A DNA stretch of 64,000 bases from a virus. The position numbers and the translations under genes were made by a program. The notes beneath the pieces were generated by a model that had not been told where the DNA came from, made no database searches, and saw only the letters and a list, made by a program, of their open reading frames with translations. Shown here in pieces: positions 20,252-29,843 of the stretch (the stretch's first letter is position 1; each line of letters starts with the position of its first letter). The stretch covers positions 32,001 through 96,000 of IMG/VR virus record IMGVR_UViG_3300042398_001385; one strand, given 5' to 3'.

Positions 20252-20539
20252 TTATTTGATGGATTCCATCTTTTTATATGCTACAGATTTTTTTTGAAAT
20301 TCTGCAACTTTCTTTTGTAGTTCTATTGATTGTTGATTAAGAGACTCACTTTTAGTTAGTGTTCCGTCTTTTTCTCTTTTCTGTAAATTAGCAATAGCAA
20401 GATCTATATCAGATATCCTTTTATCTATATCCATTATTTGTTTTTCTGCATCTGTTTTAGCTTGGAGCTCTTTTGTTTTTTGCTGAGTGTTTTCTTGCTC
20501 TAAAACAAATTCGTGTATTTTAAATATTCGATTCTGCAT
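20252..20539 (-). CDS. small coiled-coil putative virion protein
   Basis: MQNRIFKIHEFVLE tag followed by a heptad coiled coil. Confidence 0.6.
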   Translation of the reverse strand: MQNRIFKIHEFVLEQENTQQKTKELQAKTDAEKQIMDIDKRISDIDLAIANLQKREKDGTLTKSESLNQQSIELQKKVAEFQKKSVAYKKMESIK

Positions 20540-21413
20540 ATCTTCTATTTTTCATTTCCCTTTCAATGGTATTTACTCTGCTTCTTACTCGATCTATATT
20601 TTTTCTTAAATGATATTTTACATTCATTTCCTTTCTATCTAAGGTAGCTAAAGTATCTGATTCCCCTTGTCTTTCTGCTATCTTACGGTCTCTTTTAATA
20701 TTATCTATTGCTCTTGAATAAGTATCCTCCAATTCAAAAAAGAAGTCCCTTATTTGAGTATAATATTTATTAAGATTGTTCTGATCCAGGGATCTAGTTA
20801 ATGCTGAAGCCTCTTTCGGCTGCATGTTTAGAAAATTTAAAACATCCTCGCTCATTTTAGGTGGAATCTCAATTGTAGGCATATAAGAGGGTCTTTCTTT
20901 TATTTCCTCGTAGAAAGAAGCCTTCCTATTAGCATCCCTAACCAAAGCATCAAATTCTGAATTTATTTGATTTAAAAATCCCGAATCTGATATAGATCCT
21001 ATGTTCTTCATTAATTTTTCTTTGGTTTCCACTTCAACTTTAGCAACTTCTGAAGCAAAAAAAGCTTCTAACTTCGGTTCATCGTCTATAATTGATCTAG
21101 CTTCTTTGGTTAGTGCATTTATTTCCTGTCCCTTTAGAGCGGAATAAGTTCTACTTTGTCTTCTTAAATTGGTAACAGTAAATCTATATTCAGGACTATT
21201 ATCTCTATCAAGTCCATTTATTTCTTTTTCTATAGAAATAACATTAGAAACCTCTTCGTTTCTAGCTTCTCTTATTTTTTTGATAATATTTTCTATCTTA
21301 CCTTTTTTTGAGGTAAAAAAGTCCTTAACACCACCAAATAATGAAGATAAAAATCCTTCATCTATCCTATCGAAATCCTCTAGTCTTTGTATGTATTTTT
21401 TATTAAATTCCAT
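20520..21413 (-). CDS. coiled-coil putative virion protein (paralog of 21426-22412)
   Basis: YIQRLEDFDRIDE then GFLSSLFGG; shares motifs with the adjacent gene. Confidence 0.6.
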   Translation of the reverse strand: MEFNKKYIQRLEDFDRIDEGFLSSLFGGVKDFFTSKKGKIENIIKKIREARNEEVSNVISIEKEINGLDRDNSPEYRFTVTNLRRQSRTYSALKGQEINALTKEARSIIDDEPKLEAFFASEVAKVEVETKEKLMKNIGSISDSGFLNQINSEFDALVRDANRKASFYEEIKERPSYMPTIEIPPKMSEDVLNFLNMQPKEASALTRSLDQNNLNKYYTQIRDFFFELEDTYSRAIDNIKRDRKIAERQGESDTLATLDRKEMNVKYHLRKNIDRVRSRVNTIEREMKNRRYAESNI

Positions 21414-21425
21414 ATTAATAATTTT

Positions 21426-22412
21426 TTAAGACTTAACTTTTTCTTTTTCTCCTAATTCTTCAAGATATTTTTCGATCTCATTATATAGATCATAGAGTTT
21501 AGATCTATTTTCTTCACCAAGATCCCCATGAGGATTTTCCTTAGTTATTGTTGAATTATTTTTCATCATTATATTATAGATCTCGGTTTCTAGATCAAAA
21601 ATTGCTTTTCTTCTTGTTAAATATTTAGCCTCAGTGGATTTAATTAAATCGAATCTTTTTCTGAATTCTTGCTCAGGATCATCTTCAACTCTTGGGTCAC
21701 TTCCAGTAGTTGTTGTTCTTTTAAGTTTTTCAACCTCGTATTCAGCTTTTCTTTTTGCTTCTTCTGATTCTTTTTTAAGATCATCTAAATTAACACTAAA
21801 GAAATCTTCTAAATCTTTTGTTCTATTAACACTTCTTGCAGTTATAGCCTTAGTCTTTTCGTATCTGTCACTTCTTGTTTCTTCTACGTCTACTGCTCTT
21901 TGTGCATTAAAATATTTTTTCTTTCTATTACTATCCTTAGTAAGATCCCTTACTCTCTGTTCGAAAGCACTTAATATTTCATTGTGAGTTTTAGTAAGTT
22001 CTTTAAATCTTAAATTTAAAGCATTTCTACCTTGTTGAATATCTCTACTAAGAGATTGATAGTTTGTATTTTCCCTGTCCTTATCTAGAGCTTTTTGGTC
22101 TTGTAGTAAATTATAGAACTCGTCATATATCTGATATTCTTCTCTGTTGTATTTAAGTTCCTGTTCTTTCATTTGAGTAAGTACAGTTTTTAACTTACTA
22201 ACATCACCACCGAAAGCTCCACTTAAAAAATTCATTATAGTATCGCCTAATCCTTCGTTTAGCTCCACTAGCTGACATATTAATTCACCTTCTGATATTT
22301 CACTAAACATCGGAGATTTTTTCAAAATACGAGCAGTTTTATCAATATCCCTATCGTTTTCTAAAAGAACCTGTTTTGCTTTTTGGAATTGACTTGCATT
22401 TTCAAATAACAT
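21426..22412 (-). CDS. coiled-coil putative virion protein
   Basis: LFE/LLE/ISE/LNE sites, then GLGDTIMNFLSGAFGG; GATATATA upstream. Confidence 0.6.
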   Translation of the reverse strand: MLFENASQFQKAKQVLLENDRDIDKTARILKKSPMFSEISEGELICQLVELNEGLGDTIMNFLSGAFGGDVSKLKTVLTQMKEQELKYNREEYQIYDEFYNLLQDQKALDKDRENTNYQSLSRDIQQGRNALNLRFKELTKTHNEILSAFEQRVRDLTKDSNRKKKYFNAQRAVDVEETRSDRYEKTKAITARSVNRTKDLEDFFSVNLDDLKKESEEAKRKAEYEVEKLKRTTTTGSDPRVEDDPEQEFRKRFDLIKSTEAKYLTRRKAIFDLETEIYNIMMKNNSTITKENPHGDLGEENRSKLYDLYNEIEKYLEELGEKEKVKS

Positions 22413-22428
22413 AATTTATCTTTTATTC

Positions 22429-22436
22429 TATATATC
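22429..22436 (-). promoter_or_regulatory. putative late promoter GATATATA
   Basis: Exact motif 16 nt upstream of ATG 22412, just after the capsid-gene terminator. Confidence 0.7.
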
Positions 22437-22454
22437 CAAAAACCTCCCGAAAAT

Positions 22455-22483
22455 AAAAAAGGGTCTCCGTTAAGAGACCCTTT
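22455..22483 (-). terminator. intrinsic terminator of the major capsid gene
   Basis: Minus strand AAAGGGTCTC-TTAACG-GAGACCC-TTTTTT. Confidence 0.85.
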
Positions 22484-22509
22484 CGAGTATGTATCTGTTA
22501 CAGTTACTA

Positions 22510-24294
22510 TTAGATGATAGCAGTAGCAGTTCCAGTGTTAACGTGGAAGCAGAAATACATTGTTTCTGGGTGGTGACCAGCCTCAACTAAAGAGTAACGA
22601 GATTTAACCGCGATTTTAGGAGACATAGTACCCTCAGAGATAGTCTGGATTGACTCAGCCATCATGTAAGGCATGAATTTCATACCTGGCTCATCATCAG
22701 CACCTTTTCTACCAACTAATACTCTAGTGTCACCGAATGACATGTTTTGATCAACATATACAGTCATACCAGCAAGTGAACCTACAGGGTATAATGTACC
22801 GTTGTTTTGAGTAAGTGTGTTAGTAAATGGAGCGAATGTGAACTGACTGATGTCTTGTAAAGCAGACGCGATTTGAGAGTTAGTAACGATGAAGTTAGCA
22901 GGACCTCTACGACCTCTGTTAGCAACTACGTTAGCAGCAGCTAAGATACGAGAGTAAAGTCTTCTTTGAACTGTTGATAAGTTCTCGAAAGTACCTGAAG
23001 CAGGACCAGCAACTGCACCTGGTTTAGAACCACCTGTGATAGCAGTACCTTGTTTACCGATGTAGTTAGGAACTGTATAAGTAGCAGCACCACCAATTAC
23101 TAAGTTTAAGTTAAGGTTTGTGTTCTCTGTTACTAAGAACTGAGAGTGGTTAGACCATCCTAGAGCGTATGCTCTTGATAAGATGTGCTTGTTAATAGCT
23201 TGAGAAACCTCGTTAACAAGTGCGTTCTCGATCATAGAAACTACGTCGATACCGAACTGCTTGTTAAGGTCTTGGATTTGCTCAGTAGTAACAGAAGCAG
23301 CAACTTGGAAAGTACCAGCTTCTACGAACTTAGTGAAAGTAGAAAGACCTAATGACTTGTAATAAGTTGTCTCACCTACTCCTCTTAACATAGGATCGTA
23401 GTTTTTAGTACCGTCTACGTATGGACCTTGCCAATCGTTATCGTTTTCAGGACCAGCTCCAGAGAAACCTTGGATATGATCTTCTAACGTTTTAACTAAT
23501 ACAGCGTTACCAGCAGTAGAAGCAGCTAAAGAACCAACGTTAACTGATGTTAAAGCAGTACCAGTAGTCCATGTAGTTGCATAGATATCAGCAGTACCAG
23601 CAGCAGGAATTACCTGAGCGATAGAGTCGCCGTTACCGATAGCAAGGATTCTGAAAATAGGGAAACCGTCGATACGTGAGTTACCGATGAATACACCGAT
23701 TGCAGCGTTACCACCTGTTGCAAGGTTAACTGAAGAAGAAAGACCAACACCGATTACATAATTATCACCTACTACAAGACCAGTTGCTGGAGAAGCAATA
23801 GCCGTAGGGATTTTAATCATGTCAGGAGTGTTAGCTACATAGTTGCTAGTAGAATCAGCTGAACTACCAGCTAATGAACCACCTGCATATACGTAGTCTA
23901 GGTAAGATAATACTCCAGTAGGACCAGCCATAGGAATAACAGGAACGATGTCAAAACCAACGGTTTTAGCAGCTACCTGAATAGCCAATGGAAGTAATGA
24001 TGGGAATTTATCACCAGAACCAACATATGGACGACCAGCGTCATAAGTGTTGTTGTAGTAGAAACCAGCAGGACCCGCACCAGCTGCACCACCTTGGTAG
24101 TTACCAGCAGGAAGTACGTTACCCATACCGTTTAATACGCCTAGAGAGTTATAAGCTCCGGCAGATTCGTTTAATGAATGGAAGTGGCAATATTTAGATA
24201 ACCACTCTACCTTTGAACGATCCGTCATACCGGTCTTACTCTCGATAATTGGAGACCACGTTTCGTAAATCTCGTTTTCGTTTAAGAGTTGCAT
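22510..24294 (-). CDS. gp23: major capsid protein (T4 gp23-like)
   Basis: W-x-PIIE, DIVPVIPMAGPTG, TEQIQDL..QFGID, E..L.NE....IN, RRGPANFIV, VGSL.GMTVYVD, PYM, PKIAVKSRY; strongly biased codon usage. Confidence 0.95.
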   Translation of the reverse strand: MQLLNENEIYETWSPIIESKTGMTDRSKVEWLSKYCHFHSLNESAGAYNSLGVLNGMGNVLPAGNYQGGAAGAGPAGFYYNNTYDAGRPYVGSGDKFPSLLPLAIQVAAKTVGFDIVPVIPMAGPTGVLSYLDYVYAGGSLAGSSADSTSNYVANTPDMIKIPTAIASPATGLVVGDNYVIGVGLSSSVNLATGGNAAIGVFIGNSRIDGFPIFRILAIGNGDSIAQVIPAAGTADIYATTWTTGTALTSVNVGSLAASTAGNAVLVKTLEDHIQGFSGAGPENDNDWQGPYVDGTKNYDPMLRGVGETTYYKSLGLSTFTKFVEAGTFQVAASVTTEQIQDLNKQFGIDVVSMIENALVNEVSQAINKHILSRAYALGWSNHSQFLVTENTNLNLNLVIGGAATYTVPNYIGKQGTAITGGSKPGAVAGPASGTFENLSTVQRRLYSRILAAANVVANRGRRGPANFIVTNSQIASALQDISQFTFAPFTNTLTQNNGTLYPVGSLAGMTVYVDQNMSFGDTRVLVGRKGADDEPGMKFMPYMMAESIQTISEGTMSPKIAVKSRYSLVEAGHHPETMYFCFHVNTGTATAII

Positions 24295-24303
24295 TTTGTT
24301 AGA

Positions 24304-26391
24304 TTATTTTTTAAATCTTTTTTCTAACTCTGCTGCGATATTCTGCATGTAAGAATTACTTACTCCCGAATTAGCAGGTTTGTTAGTGTTTAGAGATTCG
24401 CTTAGGAATTCAGTAGATTCCGGTTTTACAGAAACTAATCCTCTAGTTCTCCAAAAGTGATTGATCTGATAAGGAGTATCTAATTTGTAGAATTTACTTT
24501 GAGCTACAATTGCACCTCTTTGAGATTCATTTAGACCTTCCCATGTAGGAACTAAATCACCAGGGATCATGTCAAGGAATTTTTCTCCGGAATTAGCTTG
24601 TTCAGCTAAAGCGGACCCCATAATTTGAACTACATCCGTACCCGAATTATAGTTCTGCTCGTTAAGAGCTTTAGCGACCTTTTGTTTTTCGGCCTCGTTC
24701 AAGGATAAAAATCCTTTCTTCGTTCTGTCATCGACAAGCTTTAAGAAAGAATATTTATTTTCGTTTATGATTTCGTCAGTTTTTACGTTACTAACTGATT
24801 CAATTAATTTATCAACTTTTGAAGAAAGATTTGTATAATCTCCAGAGAATCCTGAAGTTCTTCTACCTTCATTAATAGACTCGTTTACGTTCTTTGCAAG
24901 ATTTGTTCTTGTGTTTCCTCCTCTATTAATAGACTCTGCTAAATATTCAGTATAATCGATACCAGATTTAACTTTTTCAGCGATATAATCTGAATAATTA
25001 ATATTGCCATTTAACTTCTCTCCTAAGTAGTCAGAATAAGTAATATTTTGATCTAATTTCTCTCCTAAATAATCGGAGTAAGTAATGTTCTTGTCTAAGT
25101 TCTCAGCAAGATAATCAGAGTAAGAAATATTCTTGTCTAAGTTTTCAGCTAAATATTCAGAATAAGTAATATTCTTGTCTAAGTTTTCAGCTAAATATTC
25201 AGAATAAGTAATATTATTATCTAAGTTTTCTCCAAGATACTCAGAGTAAGAAATATTCTTGTCTAAGTTTTCAGCTAAGTATTCAGAATAAGTGATATTT
25301 CTATCTAGGTTTTCAGCTAAATATTTACTGTAAGCTATATTGTTATCTAGATTCTCTGCAATATATTCAGAGTAAGAAATATTTCCATCAACATGCTCAG
25401 CAAGATATTTAGCATAAGAAATAGACTTGTCTAAATTTTCTGCTAAGTATTTGTTATAAGAAATAGATCCTTCTAAATTTTCAGCTAAATAATCTCCATA
25501 TTTAATAGCTGTTTCTAAATTTTCAGCTAGATACTCAGAGTATTTTTCTAATCTTTGGATTCTTTCCTCTAAACCAGAATCTGAAAAATCTGATGTTGAT
25601 CTAGTAGAAGGTCCTTTAGAAACAGATCTAAGTTCATTTTTTAATGAATCCATTTCCTTTTTAAGGATTAATGAATATTCGTTTAGCTCTTCTGCAGTGA
25701 CAAAGTTATTGTCCATGTTTCTTGAATTATTTATGTTTTCTTTTAAAAGCCTAGAGATTTTCTCCGTATCTTTTATTCTATATATCTGAGTGTTAGAATT
25801 TTTTCTAAGCCCAAAACTTTCATTTATGTTAGTTAATGAAGAAATAATTGAATCTTTTACTGATTCTGATGGAATATGTGATCCTAAGCTTTCATAAACC
25901 CTTTCTAATTGAGCATTTTCGAATCCAGGATCAGCAACTAGATCATATGTAAAAATTTTCTTAATTTCTACTTTTTTATTCTCCTTAACGTTACCTGCTG
26001 CTCTAGAAGAGATAGAAATAGGAATACCTGCATCAATTAAATTTTTAGCTATTTTACCAGCGGGGGTATCTAAAAGTTTTACTTTTATTTTTACGTTTCT
26101 ATTAGATTTATCGTATGAAAGATCCGTAATAACGTGTGATATATTTTTAAGAGAAACGTCGAACTCCTTAGGGTGATCTAATTCACCAACTAATCTATTC
26201 TGATCAATTTTCTTTCTAAGATAATCCAAATGAGGCAAGTATTCGTTTTCCTCATAAATTCTGTGGTTAGAGTTTTCAACTCCAAAAACAGCAGCAATAC
26301 CTTCAAGAAAATATTCTCCTCCTTGCTTTTTAGTGCTAAGGTTATGAGAAGATTTCTCTAATATCAGTACGTAATCTAGGTTATTTTCCAT
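24304..26391 (-). CDS. gp21: prohead protease (T4 gp21-like) fused to a repeat-rich scaffold/core region
   Basis: LEGI, NSNHRIY, GELDHP, SH, LLDTPAGKIAK, ISSRAAG and TYDLVADPGF; C-terminal 15 x 14-aa repeats. Confidence 0.92.
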   Translation of the reverse strand: MENNLDYVLILEKSSHNLSTKKQGGEYFLEGIAAVFGVENSNHRIYEENEYLPHLDYLRKKIDQNRLVGELDHPKEFDVSLKNISHVITDLSYDKSNRNVKIKVKLLDTPAGKIAKNLIDAGIPISISSRAAGNVKENKKVEIKKIFTYDLVADPGFENAQLERVYESLGSHIPSESVKDSIISSLTNINESFGLRKNSNTQIYRIKDTEKISRLLKENINNSRNMDNNFVTAEELNEYSLILKKEMDSLKNELRSVSKGPSTRSTSDFSDSGLEERIQRLEKYSEYLAENLETAIKYGDYLAENLEGSISYNKYLAENLDKSISYAKYLAEHVDGNISYSEYIAENLDNNIAYSKYLAENLDRNITYSEYLAENLDKNISYSEYLGENLDNNITYSEYLAENLDKNITYSEYLAENLDKNISYSDYLAENLDKNITYSDYLGEKLDQNITYSDYLGEKLNGNINYSDYIAEKVKSGIDYTEYLAESINRGGNTRTNLAKNVNESINEGRRTSGFSGDYTNLSSKVDKLIESVSNVKTDEIINENKYSFLKLVDDRTKKGFLSLNEAEKQKVAKALNEQNYNSGTDVVQIMGSALAEQANSGEKFLDMIPGDLVPTWEGLNESQRGAIVAQSKFYKLDTPYQINHFWRTRGLVSVKPESTEFLSESLNTNKPANSGVSNSYMQNIAAELEKRFKK
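24934..25542 (-). repeat. 15 tandem 42-bp (14-aa) repeats, consensus YSEYLAENLDKNI(S/T)
   Basis: Counted in the translation; the span of 609 bp equals 14 x 42 + 21. Confidence 0.95.
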
Positions 26392-26402
26392 TTTTCTTTT
26401 TT

Positions 26403-26410
26403 TATATATC
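26403..26410 (-). promoter_or_regulatory. putative late promoter GATATATA (protease-capsid operon)
   Basis: Exact motif 11 nt upstream of ATG 26391. Confidence 0.75.
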
Positions 26411-26413
26411 TAA

Positions 26414-29014
26414 TTATGCTTCAGATTCTTCTTCTCCTTCAGCTTTAGCTCCAGAGGATGCTGATACAACTGAATCAGTGATTTCTTCCATAGATTCAGA
26501 TAATTTTTCTAAATCCTCTTCAGTTATGTATTTAAGATTCTCTGAAAGCTTAGGTTCGTTAGCATTTAATTTTCCTACTGCTGCAACACAAGCGTCTTTA
26601 GCATTTTCAAATTCTATTGGTGCTCCATTGATAGGATTTCGGGTTTTAAATGATTTAGGGAATGAAGGAATAGTGTCCATATCAGTAACCATATCTTTAA
26701 AGAATCCTCCAGCTCCACCAGAAGTGATAGAAGCTATATCACCTTCTAAGCTTCCGCCTCCAAATGATGAATATTGTCTTTTAACTAAACTCCATACTGA
26801 AACTGCTTTACCGTCTCCTGTATCAGTAAATGTACCTCTACAAAGAATAAGGGTAGAGTATATTGCTAGTAAGTCTTGCGAAGATACGGTACCACCTAAG
26901 CTGTTGTATAAACCTCTAGCCATTGCTCTAACTGCTATTTCTTCTATGAATCCATTAAATACTAATACAGCGACCGTTTTTCTATCGCTTCCTGCCCATT
27001 TTGCTATAGTGGTTCCTCCGATTATTCCACCTCCCCATAAAATACTAGCACCTACTGCTCCACTACCTAAAGTTGCTGCTGTAGCCATACCTGTACCTAC
27101 TGCACCTGCTGTAAATGTTGTTGTTGCAGCACCTGCTCCTATCGTTGCTGCTGCTGCTGCAGATCCTACTCCCCAAGTAAGTACTCCTGCTCCTATAATA
27201 ATACCAGCAACTAATGCTCCTTTAGCTACATCGCCAAACCATTCTGCCCAGCTTTCGTCGTATAATAATCCATATGTTCCATCGTCTACTGGTTTTAAAC
27301 CTTTCCATTTTATTTCTTCTCCAGTTGCGCCAGTTTCTCCAGTTGTACCAGTTTCTCCAGTTGCACCACCAGTTGCACCAACACAATCAAGAACTTTTCC
27401 TTGTTCTAGAGATTTCTTAACGCAATTATCAACGATTTTTTTCTTTCCTATATTAGGATCTGGAACTACTGCCTTAGCTCCGGGAGTTTCTTCAGATTTA
27501 CCCCTTAATCTATCAAATACGTTTTCTTCGTCTAATTTTCTAAAGCTATATGATTCTTCTATAACTGAATAGAAATCCTCGAAAGATAAAATAGGAGATC
27601 CTTTTATCTCTTCTCTTTCTTGGATCTTTTCGTCGATTTCCATTTCTTCGAAATCGTCAAAATAATATCTACCGTAACTTCCTTCAAAAACTATAGATGT
27701 AGTATCTATATCTGTAGAATTAAGAGCCATTAATTGATCGTACATATCCTGAGTTAAATCAGAAGTTAAAGCTTGACCTGATTGACCTGATAAATATCCC
27801 CATACTATATTTACTACTGCTGCAGTACCTTTACCGTATATTTTGTCTTGACCTCCAAATTTTGCTAAATATGTATTTGCTGAAGGAATTAATTCCATTA
27901 ATTTTTTCTGAAGATCCCCTATTTGTGTACATTTGTTATTAAGTTTAACAGGGAATGTACAATCTTTAACTGGTAGAGGTGTAACTTTCTTTTTCTTCTT
28001 AACAACTTCTTCTTCACCTGTTGCAACATCTACACATTTTCCTAATGATTTGTCGTAAACCTGTCCTGGAGGACAAACAGGATCTGCAGTTACTGGTTGT
28101 TCTATATTAGTAAGAGATGCTTTTAATCTTTCGTATTCTTTTTTCTGTCTAATAATTTCATTTACTAGATCGTCTTGCTTTCTCTTATATTCCCCAGCTT
28201 TAAATTCTCCTGAAGGAGTAACAATTTTTCCTCCTAAAGCACCTGCTCTGTCTACCATTTGTAGTTCTTGTGCTTTTTTATAAAGAGAATCTGCAATTTC
28301 TTTGTATCTTTTTATATCTGAATTATCCTTCAAATTTGGTAAGTATTTGTCTCTGTCTACCATACCAACAAAAGAATTTGCTGCATCTAACGATTCTTTA
28401 GATTTGTTAAAAGCCTGTCCTCTAAATTCTCCATCTGTAGCATCAGCTTCGTCTCCAGTTTTTCTTTTTTCAGATAAACCTTCTTTAACTACCAATCCCT
28501 TTTTAATTACTTCTCCGAAAAGTTTAGGATTAGTTTTTCTCATCTGATTTTCTCTGTCTTTTAAATCGTTAGAGAAGTTTTCAAGAACTTTAGCTATAGT
28601 ATCGTTTTTAATACTCTTATACATTTTAGGATCTCCTAGAACAGCTTCTACTTCACCGCTTAGTATACTAGTAATCATTTTTAGGTTTGAATCGTAAGCT
28701 TGTTTTTGACCTGGGTCCAATACTGCTAATGATTCTATAAAAGAAATAAGATACTGTCTAAAAGATCCAAAATTATCTGTTGACAGAATTTTATTTTTTA
28801 TAGATTCAAATCCTCTAACAGTTTTAGCATCCTCCATTTTGGAAGATAGTATTAAACTAAAAAGAGTATTTAAAGCAGTAACAACAGCTGTCATTGTGTC
28901 GATAGCTTTTGTTTTTCTTGATGTTCTTTCTCCTTCGTTAAGTGAGCTTCTTAAACTCTCGAAAACTGGGTTAATTCCGCCGTAGATGTCTTTTTTCATA
29001 TTATTATTATTCAT
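26414..29014 (-). CDS. large putative virion/ejection protein with a PG-binding-like domain and a Gly/Ala-rich hydrophobic region
   Basis: INPVFESLRSSLNE, CPPGQVYDKSLGKC, IGDLQKKL...QDKIYGKGTAAV, ILSFEDF..IEES, GATG linker and a long GxxxG hydrophobic stretch. Confidence 0.6.
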   Translation of the reverse strand: MNNNNMKKDIYGGINPVFESLRSSLNEGERTSRKTKAIDTMTAVVTALNTLFSLILSSKMEDAKTVRGFESIKNKILSTDNFGSFRQYLISFIESLAVLDPGQKQAYDSNLKMITSILSGEVEAVLGDPKMYKSIKNDTIAKVLENFSNDLKDRENQMRKTNPKLFGEVIKKGLVVKEGLSEKRKTGDEADATDGEFRGQAFNKSKESLDAANSFVGMVDRDKYLPNLKDNSDIKRYKEIADSLYKKAQELQMVDRAGALGGKIVTPSGEFKAGEYKRKQDDLVNEIIRQKKEYERLKASLTNIEQPVTADPVCPPGQVYDKSLGKCVDVATGEEEVVKKKKKVTPLPVKDCTFPVKLNNKCTQIGDLQKKLMELIPSANTYLAKFGGQDKIYGKGTAAVVNIVWGYLSGQSGQALTSDLTQDMYDQLMALNSTDIDTTSIVFEGSYGRYYFDDFEEMEIDEKIQEREEIKGSPILSFEDFYSVIEESYSFRKLDEENVFDRLRGKSEETPGAKAVVPDPNIGKKKIVDNCVKKSLEQGKVLDCVGATGGATGETGTTGETGATGEEIKWKGLKPVDDGTYGLLYDESWAEWFGDVAKGALVAGIIIGAGVLTWGVGSAAAAATIGAGAATTTFTAGAVGTGMATAATLGSGAVGASILWGGGIIGGTTIAKWAGSDRKTVAVLVFNGFIEEIAVRAMARGLYNSLGGTVSSQDLLAIYSTLILCRGTFTDTGDGKAVSVWSLVKRQYSSFGGGSLEGDIASITSGGAGGFFKDMVTDMDTIPSFPKSFKTRNPINGAPIEFENAKDACVAAVGKLNANEPKLSENLKYITEEDLEKLSESMEEITDSVVSASSGAKAEGEEESEA

Positions 29015-29801
29015 TGTATATATTTGAATATGCTTTAGAGATTAACTCTATTATCTTTTCTATATATCCTTCATTTCTTAATTTTTTAAATGCTAGATTT
29101 TCAACGGAAAATTCCCCTTCCCTCTCCAATCCTTCCTTTCGCATTTTCATTATTTTTTTCTTTATTTCTAAAGAATGATTATAGAGTTCAACCTCAGTAG
29201 CGGTTGAAAAATCGGATGCTGCCATTAGATTTTCCATCTTTAGTATATCTGAAACGATACCTTGAAATTTTAAATCTACGTCTTTGTAGTCAATCTCTGG
29301 TGGATTATACTTAGGAACTCTGATCCATTCGTTATTTAATAAAGAATATAAACCAGATGCAGTATGTGGCTCGTTGATGCCCTGTACGTATAATTCTACG
29401 TCGAATCCTCTTATTTTTATTTTGTGTCTAAGATTCCATATAAATCTTACACCATCAACTGCTTTTTTAACAAGGGTAAAGTTGTCATCAATCTCATTGA
29501 AGTCTATTAGAACATGTACGTCTAAATCAGATTTGTCTGTCCAGTTATAATTGGCTAAGGAACCAGTTAGTTGGATATCTCTTATTTCTGGATCGAATCC
29601 TAGTGATGAATAAAAATCGTTAGCTAACTCAATAAGTTTTTTTCTTAGTTTCTGGTCAAATTCATAATTTTCTGCTCCAGCACTTTCGGGAAGATCCTCA
29701 CTAATTTTTTTCCAGAATGACGGATTTAATTCTTTTTTATAAAAATCACTCCTTTCCTCGTTTTCTAGAACCCAAGAATAAAAATTTAAAATGTTTTTCA
29801 A
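29007..29801 (-). CDS. Pol-beta-superfamily nucleotidyltransferase
   Basis: LTGSLANYNW...SDLDVHV (GS + DxD) and VELYVQ; TTG start; N-terminal capsid-targeting-like tag. Confidence 0.8.
   Translation of the reverse strand: MKNILNFYSWVLENEERSDFYKKELNPSFWKKISEDLPESAGAENYEFDQKLRKKLIELANDFYSSLGFDPEIRDIQLTGSLANYNWTDKSDLDVHVLIDFNEIDDNFTLVKKAVDGVRFIWNLRHKIKIRGFDVELYVQGINEPHTASGLYSLLNNEWIRVPKYNPPEIDYKDVDLKFQGIVSDILKMENLMAASDFSTATEVELYNHSLEIKKKIMKMRKEGLEREGEFSVENLAFKKLRNEGYIEKIIELISKAYSNIYNE
29061..29068 (-). promoter_or_regulatory. putative internal late promoter GATATATA
   Basis: Exact motif in the 3' end of the NTase gene, 46 nt upstream of ATG 29014. Confidence 0.5.
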
Positions 29802-29821
29802 ATCTGGATATTACTTTAACG

Positions 29822-29829
29822 TATATATC
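29822..29829 (-). promoter_or_regulatory. putative late promoter GATATATA
   Basis: Exact motif 20 nt upstream of the NTase start at 29801. Confidence 0.7.
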
Positions 29830-29843
29830 CAGACCTAGAATCT

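Noticed and set aside
24934-25542. 42-bp periodic repeats as a CRISPR array
   Set aside because: In-frame coding repeats with synonymous variation, no unique spacers and no cas genes.
26478-27572. 364-aa + strand ORF and other antisense ORFs (17600, 43643, 61932 etc.)
   Set aside because: Antisense shadows of genes with clear motifs or codon bias.
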